Positions 24,668-33,736 of a stretch of DNA of 37,009 nucleotides are shown here, in pieces. Under the pieces are notes generated by a model. It did no database searches. It was not told the origin of the DNA and worked only from the letters and a program-made list of their open reading frames with translations. Where the stretch lies: NCBI GenBank assembly GCA_937952995.1, contig CALFYB010000445.1, forward strand, positions 1 to 37,009. Reading direction: 5' to 3'. Every line of letters begins with the position of its first letter. Position 1 is the stretch's first letter. Source of the stretch: an uncultured Caulobacteraceae bacterium (lineage in GTDB: Bacteria > Pseudomonadota > Alphaproteobacteria > Caulobacterales > Caulobacteraceae). A program made the position numbers and the translations under genes.

Positions 24668-25399
24668 TTGCCCGTTCCAAACTTTCGATTAGAGCCAGAG
24701 GCCGCCTTTACGGTTCGAGGCCTGAGCAAGGTCTATCGAACAGGTGCGGGCGAAGTTCACGCTCTGAGAGACGTTAATCTGGATATTGTCGCCGGTGAGA
24801 TGCTGATCCTTTTGGGTCCTTCGGGGTCAGGAAAGTCGACACTGCTTAACCTTCTCGGCGGCCTCGATTCGGCCAGTTCTGGATCGGCCTGTTTTAGAGA
24901 TTTCGAGCTTGTGGGAGCGTCAGCAGCGGCCTTGACGCGGTTTCGCCGCCAGTCCGTCGGCTTTGTCTTTCAGTTCTACAATCTTGTACCCAGCCTCACG
25001 GCGCGGGAAAATGTCGCGTTGATCACTGAGATTTCCGATAGGCCCATGACCCCAGAAGAGGCCTTGGACCGGGTCGGTCTTGCTGACCGAATGGACCACT
25101 TTCCGTCTCAACTCTCAGGAGGGCAACAGCAGCGGGTGGCGGTGGCTAGGGCGATTGCAAAGCGACCTCAGCTGCTATTTTGCGATGAGCCGACCGGTTC
25201 GCTGGACAGCGAAAGCGGCATTTTGGTCCTTCAAGCCATTGCCGAGGTTGCCAAAGAGGTCGGGGCCACGACCATGATCGTGTCCCATAATGTCGGCATC
25301 GGGGCTATGGGGGACCGGATTGTGCGGTTTCGAGATGGCCGCGTCGTGGACGTTGCCGTCAACCCGCGAAAGGCCTCAGCGCGCGAGATGGGGTGGTGA
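24668..25399 (+). CDS. ABC transporter ATP-binding protein (MacB/LolD/DevA-type)
   Basis: Walker A 'GPSGSGKST', Q-loop, signature 'LSGGQQQRVAVARA', Walker B 'LLFCDEPTGSLD'. In-frame TTG at 24668 is preceded by a perfect AGGAGG (24656-24661, 6-nt spacer). I therefore prefer it over the upstream ATGs at 24569 and 24620. Confidence 0.85.
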   Translation: MPVPNFRLEPEAAFTVRGLSKVYRTGAGEVHALRDVNLDIVAGEMLILLGPSGSGKSTLLNLLGGLDSASSGSACFRDFELVGASAAALTRFRRQSVGFVFQFYNLVPSLTARENVALITEISDRPMTPEEALDRVGLADRMDHFPSQLSGGQQQRVAVARAIAKRPQLLFCDEPTGSLDSESGILVLQAIAEVAKEVGATTMIVSHNVGIGAMGDRIVRFRDGRVVDVAVNPRKASAREMGW

Positions 25400-27765
25400 T
25401 CGTCCGGGTGCTCGAGCGCAAGCTGGCGCGCGATCTTTGGCGCATGAAATGGCAGGTCTTGGCCATCGCCCTTTTGATGGCCTGCGGGGTATCGGTCGCC
25501 GTGATGGCCAACTCCGCGCACAAGGCCCTGATCAATGCCCAGATGCAGTTCTATAGCGACACACGATTTGCCGATGTATTTGTCCAAGCCAAGCGCGTTC
25601 CGCGCTCACGGGTTTTTGCCTTGGGTCAGATTGACGGCGTTGCCATGGTTGATGCTCGCCTTCAGGAGATCGGCCTGCTGCATCTGCCCGGCCAGATCAG
25701 GCCTGCGACAGCGCGGCTGATCTCATTGCCAGAGACCCCAGAGCGCTATCTCAATGGCATTGATCTCGTCCAAGGCCGAATGGCGCAGGCCGGACCAACC
25801 AACGAGGTTGTTGCCCTCAAGACCTTTTTGGATGCTGCAGGGCTGCGGCTGGGTGATCGATTGTCGGCAACCCTTGGCGGTCGGGTCATATCGCTGGTTA
25901 TTGTCGGTGCCGCCCTGTCTCCCGAGTTCGTCTATGTCCCTTCGCCGGACTCGTTCTTGCCCGATGACGCCCATCAAGGGGTTTTTTGGGCGGCTCGATC
26001 AACGGTCGAGCGGGCGGCGGGCAGTAGCGGTATCGTCAATCTCTTTGCCTTTCGCGTAGTACCCGGAGCTAGGGTTGAGTCCCTATTGAGCGCCATCGAT
26101 GGTCAGCTGGTGGGCTATGGCGCACTACCCGCCTATGAACGCAAAGATCAGGCCTCTCATGCTTTTTTGCAGGCGGAACTGAAAGAGCTGTCCACATCGG
26201 CCCTGATATTGCCGCCCATATTCCTGATCGTCGCCATGACGTTGGTTCACCTGATGGTCACTCGGCTTATCGAGGTTGAGCGCGAGCAGATCGGTTTGCT
26301 GAAGGCGTTTGGCTATAGTGACCGTGCTGCGGGCTGGAACTATCTGCGCCTTGCCGCTGCCATTGGCCTAGTGGGCGTGGTCTTAGGCGGCCTTTTAGGG
26401 TGCTGGCTTGGGGCGGCTATCGTTGGGCTCTACCGAGACTATTTTCGGTTTCCGCAGTTGTCGGTTCAGTTTGATTGGACCTCCTTTGTGGTGACGGCGG
26501 GTTTTTCGCTGGCGGCGGCCGTTACCGGCTCACTGGTTGCGGTGAGCAAGGCCGTCAGGCTTTCTCCGGCCGTTGCCATGCAGATGCCGCGACCGGCAAC
26601 CTACCGGGCGGGCCTGTTTGATCGTCTTTTGCCCGTGGCCTTCGTCGATCAATCCACGCGGATGATCCTTCGGAGCCTCGAACGATTTCCCGGCCGCGCA
26701 ACAACGGCTCTCTTGGGTCTGAGCGCTAGTCTTGCCCTGTTGGTCGGCGTTCAGTTTCTATTCGATAGCTTGGAGCGGGTGGTCGATACGACCTTCTACC
26801 AAACGCAGCGCTGGAGCGACGCCGCGCGCTTTGCAGAGCCGCGTGCACCGGGTGCTGTGGTGACCCTTCGGCGCATGCCCGGCGTCATGTCTGCTGAGGC
26901 GCTTCGAATTGCCTCTGCCCGTTTTTGGTCGGCGGGCCATCAAGAAACGGTTCGCATCGTTGGACTTGAGCCCGGCGCAAAGCTGCATCGGCCTTTGGAT
27001 GCAAAGGGTCGGCCAATGGCGGTGGCGGGAAGGGGGCTCGTGCTTAGCCAAGCCCTTGCGCAGCGTTTGGATGTCCGACCCGGAGACTTGATCTGGACGG
27101 AGATCTTGGAGGGACGCGGCACGAAGGTGGCCTTGCCGGTCGTGGGGTTGGCCACAGACTATAGTGGCTTGAGCGCCTATATGGCCCGGCGCAATCTGAA
27201 CCGTCTGATGGGGGAGGGTGATGTGGCCAGCGGCGCTGAGCTGCTGATCGCGACTGACGCAAAGCCTGCCTTCTACCAGGCCATTGCGCAGATCCCGCAG
27301 ATCATTGGCGCATCGTCTCGTGATGATACGGTGATGCTTTGGCGAAACATCATGGAACGGTCCTTTAAGACCTCCATTGGGTTCTACCTGGCCTTTGCCG
27401 GAGCGATCGCCTTTGGCGTCACCTACAATTTGGGCCGTATTTCCCTATCAGAGCGTGGGCGAGATTTGGCGACGCTTCGGGTGCTGGGATTTAGCCAGTC
27501 GGAGTGCGCCTACATCTTGATGGGCGAGATGGCCGTGCTCTGTTTGGCGGCCGTCCCGTTGGGGCTATTGAGTGGCTATGGCTTAGCGCAAGGCTTGGCG
27601 GCAGCCTATTCACGCGATGAGGTGCGTTTGCCTGCCGTGATTGGGCTGCCTAGCTATGGCTGGGCTGTCTTGCTCTATGGGTTGGCCGTACTCATCGCGG
27701 CCGTGCCCGTGGCTGTGCGGCTTTGGAAGCTTGATCTCGTCACCGTCTTGAAGACGCGAGAATAG
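25393..27765 (+). CDS. FtsX-family ABC permease with duplicated FtsX modules
   Basis: 790 aa. The GTG start overlaps the ATPase stop (GTGGTGA). An N-terminal TM is followed by a large extracytoplasmic domain and a 3-TM FtsX block; the same pattern then repeats in the second half. Confidence 0.85.
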   Translation: MVIVRVLERKLARDLWRMKWQVLAIALLMACGVSVAVMANSAHKALINAQMQFYSDTRFADVFVQAKRVPRSRVFALGQIDGVAMVDARLQEIGLLHLPGQIRPATARLISLPETPERYLNGIDLVQGRMAQAGPTNEVVALKTFLDAAGLRLGDRLSATLGGRVISLVIVGAALSPEFVYVPSPDSFLPDDAHQGVFWAARSTVERAAGSSGIVNLFAFRVVPGARVESLLSAIDGQLVGYGALPAYERKDQASHAFLQAELKELSTSALILPPIFLIVAMTLVHLMVTRLIEVEREQIGLLKAFGYSDRAAGWNYLRLAAAIGLVGVVLGGLLGCWLGAAIVGLYRDYFRFPQLSVQFDWTSFVVTAGFSLAAAVTGSLVAVSKAVRLSPAVAMQMPRPATYRAGLFDRLLPVAFVDQSTRMILRSLERFPGRATTALLGLSASLALLVGVQFLFDSLERVVDTTFYQTQRWSDAARFAEPRAPGAVVTLRRMPGVMSAEALRIASARFWSAGHQETVRIVGLEPGAKLHRPLDAKGRPMAVAGRGLVLSQALAQRLDVRPGDLIWTEILEGRGTKVALPVVGLATDYSGLSAYMARRNLNRLMGEGDVASGAELLIATDAKPAFYQAIAQIPQIIGASSRDDTVMLWRNIMERSFKTSIGFYLAFAGAIAFGVTYNLGRISLSERGRDLATLRVLGFSQSECAYILMGEMAVLCLAAVPLGLLSGYGLAQGLAAAYSRDEVRLPAVIGLPSYGWAVLLYGLAVLIAAVPVAVRLWKLDLVTVLKTRE

Positions 27766-27768
27766 TCG

Positions 27769-28965
27769 ATGAAGCGGGCTTGGGGCGCAAGGATAGTGAT
27801 CGGCGCGGGCCTCATCGGCCTTGTGCTTGTTGCGACGGCCCTGCTGCTGGTCCCCCGGCCGGTTGATGTCGATAGTATCTTGGTCGATCAGGGTCCGATT
27901 TCAGAGACGGTGTCGGATCAGGGTGTTGCCAGGGTGCGCGAGGCCTATCTGGTCTCTACCCCTGTGTCAGGAAGGCTTGAACGGCTCGATCTTCACGTCG
28001 GCGATCAGGTTTTGGCCGATAGGACCGTGGTGGCGCGGATCTATCCGGCATCGGCTGATCCGCTTGATCCTCGCGCGCGGGCTCAGGCTCAAGCCGCCCT
28101 TGCGGCGGCGCGTGCGGCCCAATCGGCGGCGATGGCGTTGCGCGATCAGATGGCCGCAGACGCTCAAAGGGCCGCAGGCAATTTAAGCCGAATTCAAGCC
28201 TTGGCCGATAGGGGGTTCGCGCCGGTTCAGTCCCTAGAGACCGCTTTGGCTCAGGACCGCGCCGCCAGAGCCGCACTCAGGGCTGCCGATGCGCAGATAA
28301 GGGTGCGCAGTTCTGAGGTGGCGGTGGCGCAGGCCGCCTTGATCGGACCCGAGCGTGAAGGGCCTTTGTCAATTTCGGTAACCTCGCCCGCCTCCGGGCG
28401 GGTCAGCCGTGTGCTTCAGGAAAGCGCGCGATATGTACCGGCAGGCACAGCCCTGATCGAGGTCAGTGACCAGGCCGGATTGGAGGCGGCTGTTGAGTTT
28501 TTATCTCAGGACGCTGTGCGTATCTCTGAAGGGATGTCGGCGCAGATCTATGACTGGGGCGGCGCTCTTCCCATCGCGGCCATCGTCAGGCGGGTCGAGC
28601 CGCAGGGCTTTACCAAGGTTTCGGCTCTTGGCGTGGAAGAGCAGCGGGTCTTGGTGATCTTGCAGCTCGTCGGAGATCCAAGGTCTTGGTCGGCATTGGG
28701 TCCAGGCTACCGGCTATGGGGCCGGGTATTTCTGCGCCGCGAAGCCCAGGTCACGACCGTGCCCATCGGGGCCTTGGTTCGCATTGGCGGCAGATGGGCC
28801 GTCTTTACGATCCGTCAGGGCCGAGCCTACCGAACCTTTGTCACGACCGGCATCCTGACCGACCAGAAAGCAGAGGTCAAAGAGGGGCTCAAGCCGGGCG
28901 AGCGCGTTGTGCTCTATCCCTCCGATAGGGTCGCTGATGGGGTGAGGGTGCGTGAGCGGGGGTAG
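27769..28965 (+). CDS. HlyD-family periplasmic adaptor (membrane fusion protein)
   Basis: N-terminal anchor helix. Lipoyl-like 'PVSGRLERLDLHVGDQV'. A long Ala/Gln/Arg-rich coiled-coil hairpin and a beta-barrel C-terminus. It starts 3 nt after the permease stop. Confidence 0.85.
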   Translation: MKRAWGARIVIGAGLIGLVLVATALLLVPRPVDVDSILVDQGPISETVSDQGVARVREAYLVSTPVSGRLERLDLHVGDQVLADRTVVARIYPASADPLDPRARAQAQAALAAARAAQSAAMALRDQMAADAQRAAGNLSRIQALADRGFAPVQSLETALAQDRAARAALRAADAQIRVRSSEVAVAQAALIGPEREGPLSISVTSPASGRVSRVLQESARYVPAGTALIEVSDQAGLEAAVEFLSQDAVRISEGMSAQIYDWGGALPIAAIVRRVEPQGFTKVSALGVEEQRVLVILQLVGDPRSWSALGPGYRLWGRVFLRREAQVTTVPIGALVRIGGRWAVFTIRQGRAYRTFVTTGILTDQKAEVKEGLKPGERVVLYPSDRVADGVRVRERG

Positions 28966-28970
28966 GCCGT

Positions 28971-30080
28971 TCAAACGAAGAACATCACCGTTTCTGACCA
29001 GCCTTGGGTGTAGTGGCGCAGGTAAATACTATAGTCAGACCGATAGGAGCGGACCTGCCGGAAGATGTCTCGGAAATCGGAGGCTTGGTGATAGGCCGCT
29101 ATAGCGAGTTTGGGTCGATCATTTTTGATGTGCCCCACAGATCCCGCGAGCGCTTTAGTCTCCCATCCTTCTAGATCCATCTTGATGAGACTGACGGGTT
29201 CGCTAACCGCCTCGTCTAGAGTGGTAACGTCTATGGTTTGGGTGGAGGTTGAAGAGACCCCTGATGCGGACCCCGCGTCTACGTCGAATCGCAACGTCCC
29301 CTTGGCGTCAGACAGGCCTTCGGACCGATAGTCGATATTGGCTAAACCCTTGAGGCGAAGACGCGCGCGTTCGATATTGGTCGGAGAGGGCTCGAACAGA
29401 ATTACTTTCTTGTACTGGGGGTCGAGGCGGCAAAATTCCTCGGCTGTGTCTCCGTCAAAGCCCCCGGCATCGACAAAGACCTCGCCATTGAGGTTCAGAA
29501 ACGGTTCAAAATATTGTTCGGCCAAGCGAACGCGGTATTCGGCCATATGGTCTGCATCGGCGGTCAGTCGGTAGCGCAGAACGTCGACCAAGGTCTGACG
29601 AGAAATGTCGTCTGCCATCGCGTCAAAAAGGTCAGCCCATTCGTTTTGGTGATCATGCCAGTCTTGGCGCTGTTGCGCCACGAACCATGGCCAAGGGATG
29701 GTTCCTTGCGACGCATGGATGACTTCATGGACATTAAGGACCGTCAGCCCACCGATCTGATGAAGTCGATCATTGACGGCTACGGGGCTGATCGAGGTCG
29801 AACAATTTATAACGATGCAATCGGATGGCAGCGCGTCAAACCCGATGATCGAAAACCCCTCCCATTGCTCTGCCGATTTTGCGTGATCCTGAACGATGGC
29901 TTCGATCTTGGCGACGGCCGCGAGATCATGAACCTGCTGGTTCTTGCCAATGACGAAACAGGGCCTCCCACACTGGCCCGATAGCACCGACTGAGCGAGC
30001 GGCTGGTTTCTAGGTATGCGGCGCAAGCAATCTTCGATGGCCGAGATGAAGTCCCGACGAGACCCTATGGTCATGATCAT
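28971..30080 (-). CDS. FkbM-family SAM-dependent methyltransferase
   Basis: The C-terminal ~170 aa carry 'VFVDAGGFDGDTAEEF', 'ILFEPSPTN', 'GTLRF', 'LIKMDLEGWETKAL' and 'PKLAIAAYH'. These are the typical FkbM blocks. The N-terminal ~190 aa are unassigned. Confidence 0.8.
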   Translation of the reverse strand: MIMTIGSRRDFISAIEDCLRRIPRNQPLAQSVLSGQCGRPCFVIGKNQQVHDLAAVAKIEAIVQDHAKSAEQWEGFSIIGFDALPSDCIVINCSTSISPVAVNDRLHQIGGLTVLNVHEVIHASQGTIPWPWFVAQQRQDWHDHQNEWADLFDAMADDISRQTLVDVLRYRLTADADHMAEYRVRLAEQYFEPFLNLNGEVFVDAGGFDGDTAEEFCRLDPQYKKVILFEPSPTNIERARLRLKGLANIDYRSEGLSDAKGTLRFDVDAGSASGVSSTSTQTIDVTTLDEAVSEPVSLIKMDLEGWETKALAGSVGHIKNDRPKLAIAAYHQASDFRDIFRQVRSYRSDYSIYLRHYTQGWSETVMFFV

Positions 30081-30086
30081 TCTGTC

Positions 30087-31244
30087 CTAGGCCGATATGA
30101 TGGAATAGAGGTTGCGCCTGACCGTGCGGGCCATCAGCGCGTCTAAATTCTGCTGTGTTTTCGCATGGGCAAATAGCAGACCAATCCGTCCAAACGGTGC
30201 CGCAGCTACCCGGTCGCCCGCGCGGCTGAGCGCGTAATAGCACTCGATCTGAAGGTCTTGGTGGAAATGGATCGCATTGAAGATCTGTTCGACCGGTTGA
30301 GAGAGGGTGTGGCGAAGGATTGGCTGGTGGGAAGCTGACCGCAGGCTAAGGTCGAAGGGTTCACCTAAGAAGGGTCGCGCATAGTTTTCCGCATAGGCCG
30401 CCCCGGTCGAAAACTGAATGAGCAGGCTATAGAGGTCACCCGGACAGCGCCGCGTGACCTCGATAAACCAATATTGATCGCCCTGAACTATGAATTGCGT
30501 GTGCACCAGCCCATCGACCAACGTAAGCGCCTGGGCCATGGATGTGACGTCATGTCGAATAGCGTCCAAGATGTGCTGCGCTAAGTCATAATGCACGCAG
30601 CTGGTGTCGACAGTGAACGGGTTTGCCGAGCCGTGTTCCTCGACAATGTGATCCATCTGGATCTGGCCATCGGCGATGAAGGCCGTGTGGCTGTAGAGCT
30701 GTCCCGATACGAACTCTTCGATGAGATATTGGCCTGATTTTGAAAACTGTCGCGCCCGCTGAATGGCTTGGTTCAGCAGGTCGTTTGTCACCTCACTTAG
30801 GACCGTGATGCCCCGGCCACTATAGGCGTCCACCGGCTTTACGATGAGCGGGCGATCAGTCGGTAGATCATCGACAGTCCAAACCCCGGGAATGGGAATG
30901 GCTTGGTCCTGAGCGAACTGGCGAAAGGCCTGCTTGTTATTGATGGTGTCTGTTACTGCAACGCTATCGATACCTGGAAAATCTCGTGCCGCAGCAATCT
31001 CAGCGCAGGTTAGGTAAGACCGGTCATTACAGCCGGGGATGATGAATTTGACCTTGAGTTGATCGACCAAGGCGAGCGCGGCGGCCTCATCTGAATAGTC
31101 GAGTTGGACATAGTTGTGCGCTGACCGGGCGAGATAGTCATCGGGATTGCCTCCGATAACAAAGACCTCATGGCCGCACTCGACCAGATAGCTATAGATC
31201 GGAGCTGCTGAAAGGTTGGTGTCAAAGAGCGCTACCCTAGTCAT
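30087..31244 (-). CDS. ATP-grasp domain protein
   Basis: 'PLIVKPVDAYSGRGITVL', 'YLIEEFVSGQLYS' and 'FIEVTRRCPGD' are ATP-grasp fold blocks. I chose the start at MTRVALF (31244), which overlaps the upstream stop by 8 nt. Confidence 0.8.
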   Translation of the reverse strand: MTRVALFDTNLSAAPIYSYLVECGHEVFVIGGNPDDYLARSAHNYVQLDYSDEAAALALVDQLKVKFIIPGCNDRSYLTCAEIAAARDFPGIDSVAVTDTINNKQAFRQFAQDQAIPIPGVWTVDDLPTDRPLIVKPVDAYSGRGITVLSEVTNDLLNQAIQRARQFSKSGQYLIEEFVSGQLYSHTAFIADGQIQMDHIVEEHGSANPFTVDTSCVHYDLAQHILDAIRHDVTSMAQALTLVDGLVHTQFIVQGDQYWFIEVTRRCPGDLYSLLIQFSTGAAYAENYARPFLGEPFDLSLRSASHQPILRHTLSQPVEQIFNAIHFHQDLQIECYYALSRAGDRVAAAPFGRIGLLFAHAKTQQNLDALMARTVRRNLYSIISA

Positions 31245-32283
31245 TGAGCCACACCATGGTCTGAGATTTGGCCGATTGCTGAATGGCTTCGATAACGCGC
31301 AGGTTTTGCAGTCCATCAAATGCCGATACGACGGGATCAGCGGTGCCTTCGATAACGTCCAGAAAATTATCCAGTTGGGCGGTTAGGGGATCTGTGCGCT
31401 GGACCGCCAAGGTTTCTTCAATCAACGGCCGTGTCCAAGACGGTTCCTGACCTTCCGGCACGCGCTTTAGGCGCATGGTCGGGATCGCCAAAGACCCCCT
31501 CGTGCCAGCCAGATGGTAGCAATCCTCGTCGGCATAGGTGGGATAGATGGGGTTTTCTCGCGAAGTCTGCTCCCAGCTTCGTGCCGAAGCGGCGACGTCC
31601 GACAAGAGAAAATTGCCCAGCGCCCCTGACTCGAACGCAATATTGATGCCGACGGTGTCCTCGACCTCGAACTTGCGAGTATGCCGTGATGACAGGGCGT
31701 GAACCCCAGAAATTTCTCCGCAGAGCGTTCTCATTATCCCGATCTCGTGGATCAGGTTGATCAAGATTGGGCCTCCACCCATCACCGTTCGCCAAGGTCC
31801 GGCGGCAAAATAGTCTGACGGTTTGTAAAAGACGGCGCTGCCCTGCAGACCGATAAGCTTGCCCAAGACACCCTCTTGGATCACTTTGCGCGCCGTTTGA
31901 AGCAGGGGGCTGTGGGCGCGATGGTGTCCAACAAGGGCCTTTGCCCGTCGTGCGGCGATTAATTCGACCAGTTTTTGGGCTTCGCTGACATCGGTTGTAA
32001 TCGGTTTCTCAATAAGAACCGGGATGTCGGCGAGGATGCACCTTTGCGCTTGCTCGTAGTGGAAGATATTGGGCGATGAGATAATGACTCCTGACGGACG
32101 GGTGTTTGCGAGGCAGGTTTCAAGGTCCGTAAAGGCCAGAGCTTTATGCCGTTCGTCGGTGAGGTGATGTTGGTCCTGTTCGGGGCAGACGATACCCACC
32201 AGCGTGCATCGAGGGTTTTGATCGATGAGTTCGATGTGTTTTTGGCCCATTAATCCGGGACCAATTACGACAAATCTTTGCAT
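31237..32283 (-). CDS. Gfo/Idh/MocA family NAD(P)-dependent oxidoreductase
   Basis: 'RFVVIGPGLMGQKHI' Rossmann N-terminus and the 'VLIEKPI' motif. 348 aa. First gene of the leftward operon. Confidence 0.85.
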   Translation of the reverse strand: MQRFVVIGPGLMGQKHIELIDQNPRCTLVGIVCPEQDQHHLTDERHKALAFTDLETCLANTRPSGVIISSPNIFHYEQAQRCILADIPVLIEKPITTDVSEAQKLVELIAARRAKALVGHHRAHSPLLQTARKVIQEGVLGKLIGLQGSAVFYKPSDYFAAGPWRTVMGGGPILINLIHEIGIMRTLCGEISGVHALSSRHTRKFEVEDTVGINIAFESGALGNFLLSDVAASARSWEQTSRENPIYPTYADEDCYHLAGTRGSLAIPTMRLKRVPEGQEPSWTRPLIEETLAVQRTDPLTAQLDNFLDVIEGTADPVVSAFDGLQNLRVIEAIQQSAKSQTMVWLND

Positions 32284-32556
32284 TGCGCGCCCCCGGTTAC
32301 TGATCGCTTCAAATAATAAAGATTAATTATTCAGTCCATTTAATGAAAAATCGGTCAATTACATCGAGTTCGGCTGAAATTATACTCACAATTAAAACAG
32401 AAGCAGTTATTATGATTTAGTCATTGGGAAATATAAACCCATCTCGATCTCGGGCTGGTCACAGACATTGTTTATTTAGAATGCACGAAAATGGTTTACG
32501 GCTTATTAACTATAGTGGCTGTACCGAGGTGATCGGCGCGTGAATCGAGAGCGGAT
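32284..32556. promoter_or_regulatory. AT-rich divergent intergenic region (presumed promoters of both glycan operons)
   Basis: 273 nt with no credible ORF. It is conspicuously A/T-rich relative to all flanking sequence (e.g. 'caaataataaagattaattattcagtccatttaatgaaaaatc'). It separates two divergently transcribed operons. Confidence 0.4.
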
Positions 32557-33699
32557 ATGGGCAGTGATTTTCGTGCATTGGGTGCCGATGAGACGGTCCA
32601 AGATTGGGCAACTGTTCCCATTCCCATTGCACGGCCCTCAATGCCTAACACCGCTGCCATTTTACCCTATCTAGAGCGGATAGATGGCTCCGGCTGGTAC
32701 ACAAATTTTGGCCCCCTAATTTTAGAATTGGAGCAGCGGCTTGCGGAGCGCTTCGATGGAAAGGCCTATGTTGCTACGGCCTCCAATGGCACCCAAGCCC
32801 TGACCATTTCACTGCAAGCCTTAGGTGCGACGCCGGGTGGTGTCTGTATCATGCCCGCCTGGACCTTCGTAGCTTCAGCCCACGCCGTGCGGCAAGCCGG
32901 ACTATCGCCGTGGTTTGTCGATGTCGATCCGGTCGGTTGGACCCTTGATCCCGACTATGTCCGTCGAGTGATGGTTGAGGCCCCGGGCAAGGTTGAGGCG
33001 GTGATGGTCGTTGCCGCCTTTGGCCAACCGGTCGATGTCTCGGCTTGGGTGAAATTTCGCGAAGACACTGGCGTACCAGTCATTTTGGACGCGGCCGCCT
33101 CCTTTGACAGTGTCCACGATCCGCGTCTTCCGACCATGGTTAGCCTGCATGCAACAAAGGTTTTAGGCAGTGGCGAAGGTGCCTTCGTCGCCTCAGATGA
33201 CGTTGATTTCATTGCTCGGTTTAGGGCCTCGACCAATTTTGGTTTCCACGGTGACCGAATTGCGCGCCACATCGCCACTAACGCTAAGCTGAGTGAGTAT
33301 AATGGAGCGGTCAGCCTCGCCGCCCTTGATGTCTGGCCTGAGATCAGGTCCCGATATGTCCGCTGCGCATTAGCGCTAAAACAAGCCTTGATCGACGTGC
33401 CTCACATTGGCTTTCAGACCGGGTGGGGCGAGCAATGGGTGTCTAGCACCTGCGTCGTCTCCCTACCGCCTGAGCGCTTACGGTCGGTGATCGATGGGCT
33501 GGCCTCTGACAATATTGCTTCCCGCAGCTGGTGGGCGCTCGGCTGCCATCGTGAACCGGCTTTTGTCGATTGCCCGTCACATAGTCTCGTCACTACCGAT
33601 CAACTGGCGGTCGCGACCCTTGGGCTGCCCTATTTTGCTGACATGGCTGGGCGACAGATCGATCGACTGGCGCACGCTCTCCAAAAGGCCATGACCTGA
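32557..33699 (+). CDS. DegT/DnrJ/EryC1/StrS-family PLP-dependent sugar aminotransferase
   Basis: 'IPIARPSM...' start pattern. 'ATASNGTQALTISLQAL'. PLP-lysine context 'SLHATKVLGSGEGAFV'. 380 aa. Confidence 0.85.
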   Translation: MGSDFRALGADETVQDWATVPIPIARPSMPNTAAILPYLERIDGSGWYTNFGPLILELEQRLAERFDGKAYVATASNGTQALTISLQALGATPGGVCIMPAWTFVASAHAVRQAGLSPWFVDVDPVGWTLDPDYVRRVMVEAPGKVEAVMVVAAFGQPVDVSAWVKFREDTGVPVILDAAASFDSVHDPRLPTMVSLHATKVLGSGEGAFVASDDVDFIARFRASTNFGFHGDRIARHIATNAKLSEYNGAVSLAALDVWPEIRSRYVRCALALKQALIDVPHIGFQTGWGEQWVSSTCVVSLPPERLRSVIDGLASDNIASRSWWALGCHREPAFVDCPSHSLVTTDQLAVATLGLPYFADMAGRQIDRLAHALQKAMT

Positions 33700-33736
33700 A
33701 CCTCAAATGGCCTGAAGCCGTTCGAAAGTGCATAGA

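Noticed and set aside
32340-32420. Tiny ORFs in the AT-rich glycan-island intergenic region (for example a 25-aa MKNRSITSSSAEIILTIKTEAVIMI). I also looked for CtrA boxes (TTAA-N7-TTAA) here and at 36300-36345.
   Set aside because: The mini-ORFs have no SD and no conservation evidence. The TTAA pairs are at the wrong spacing (13 and 33 nt).
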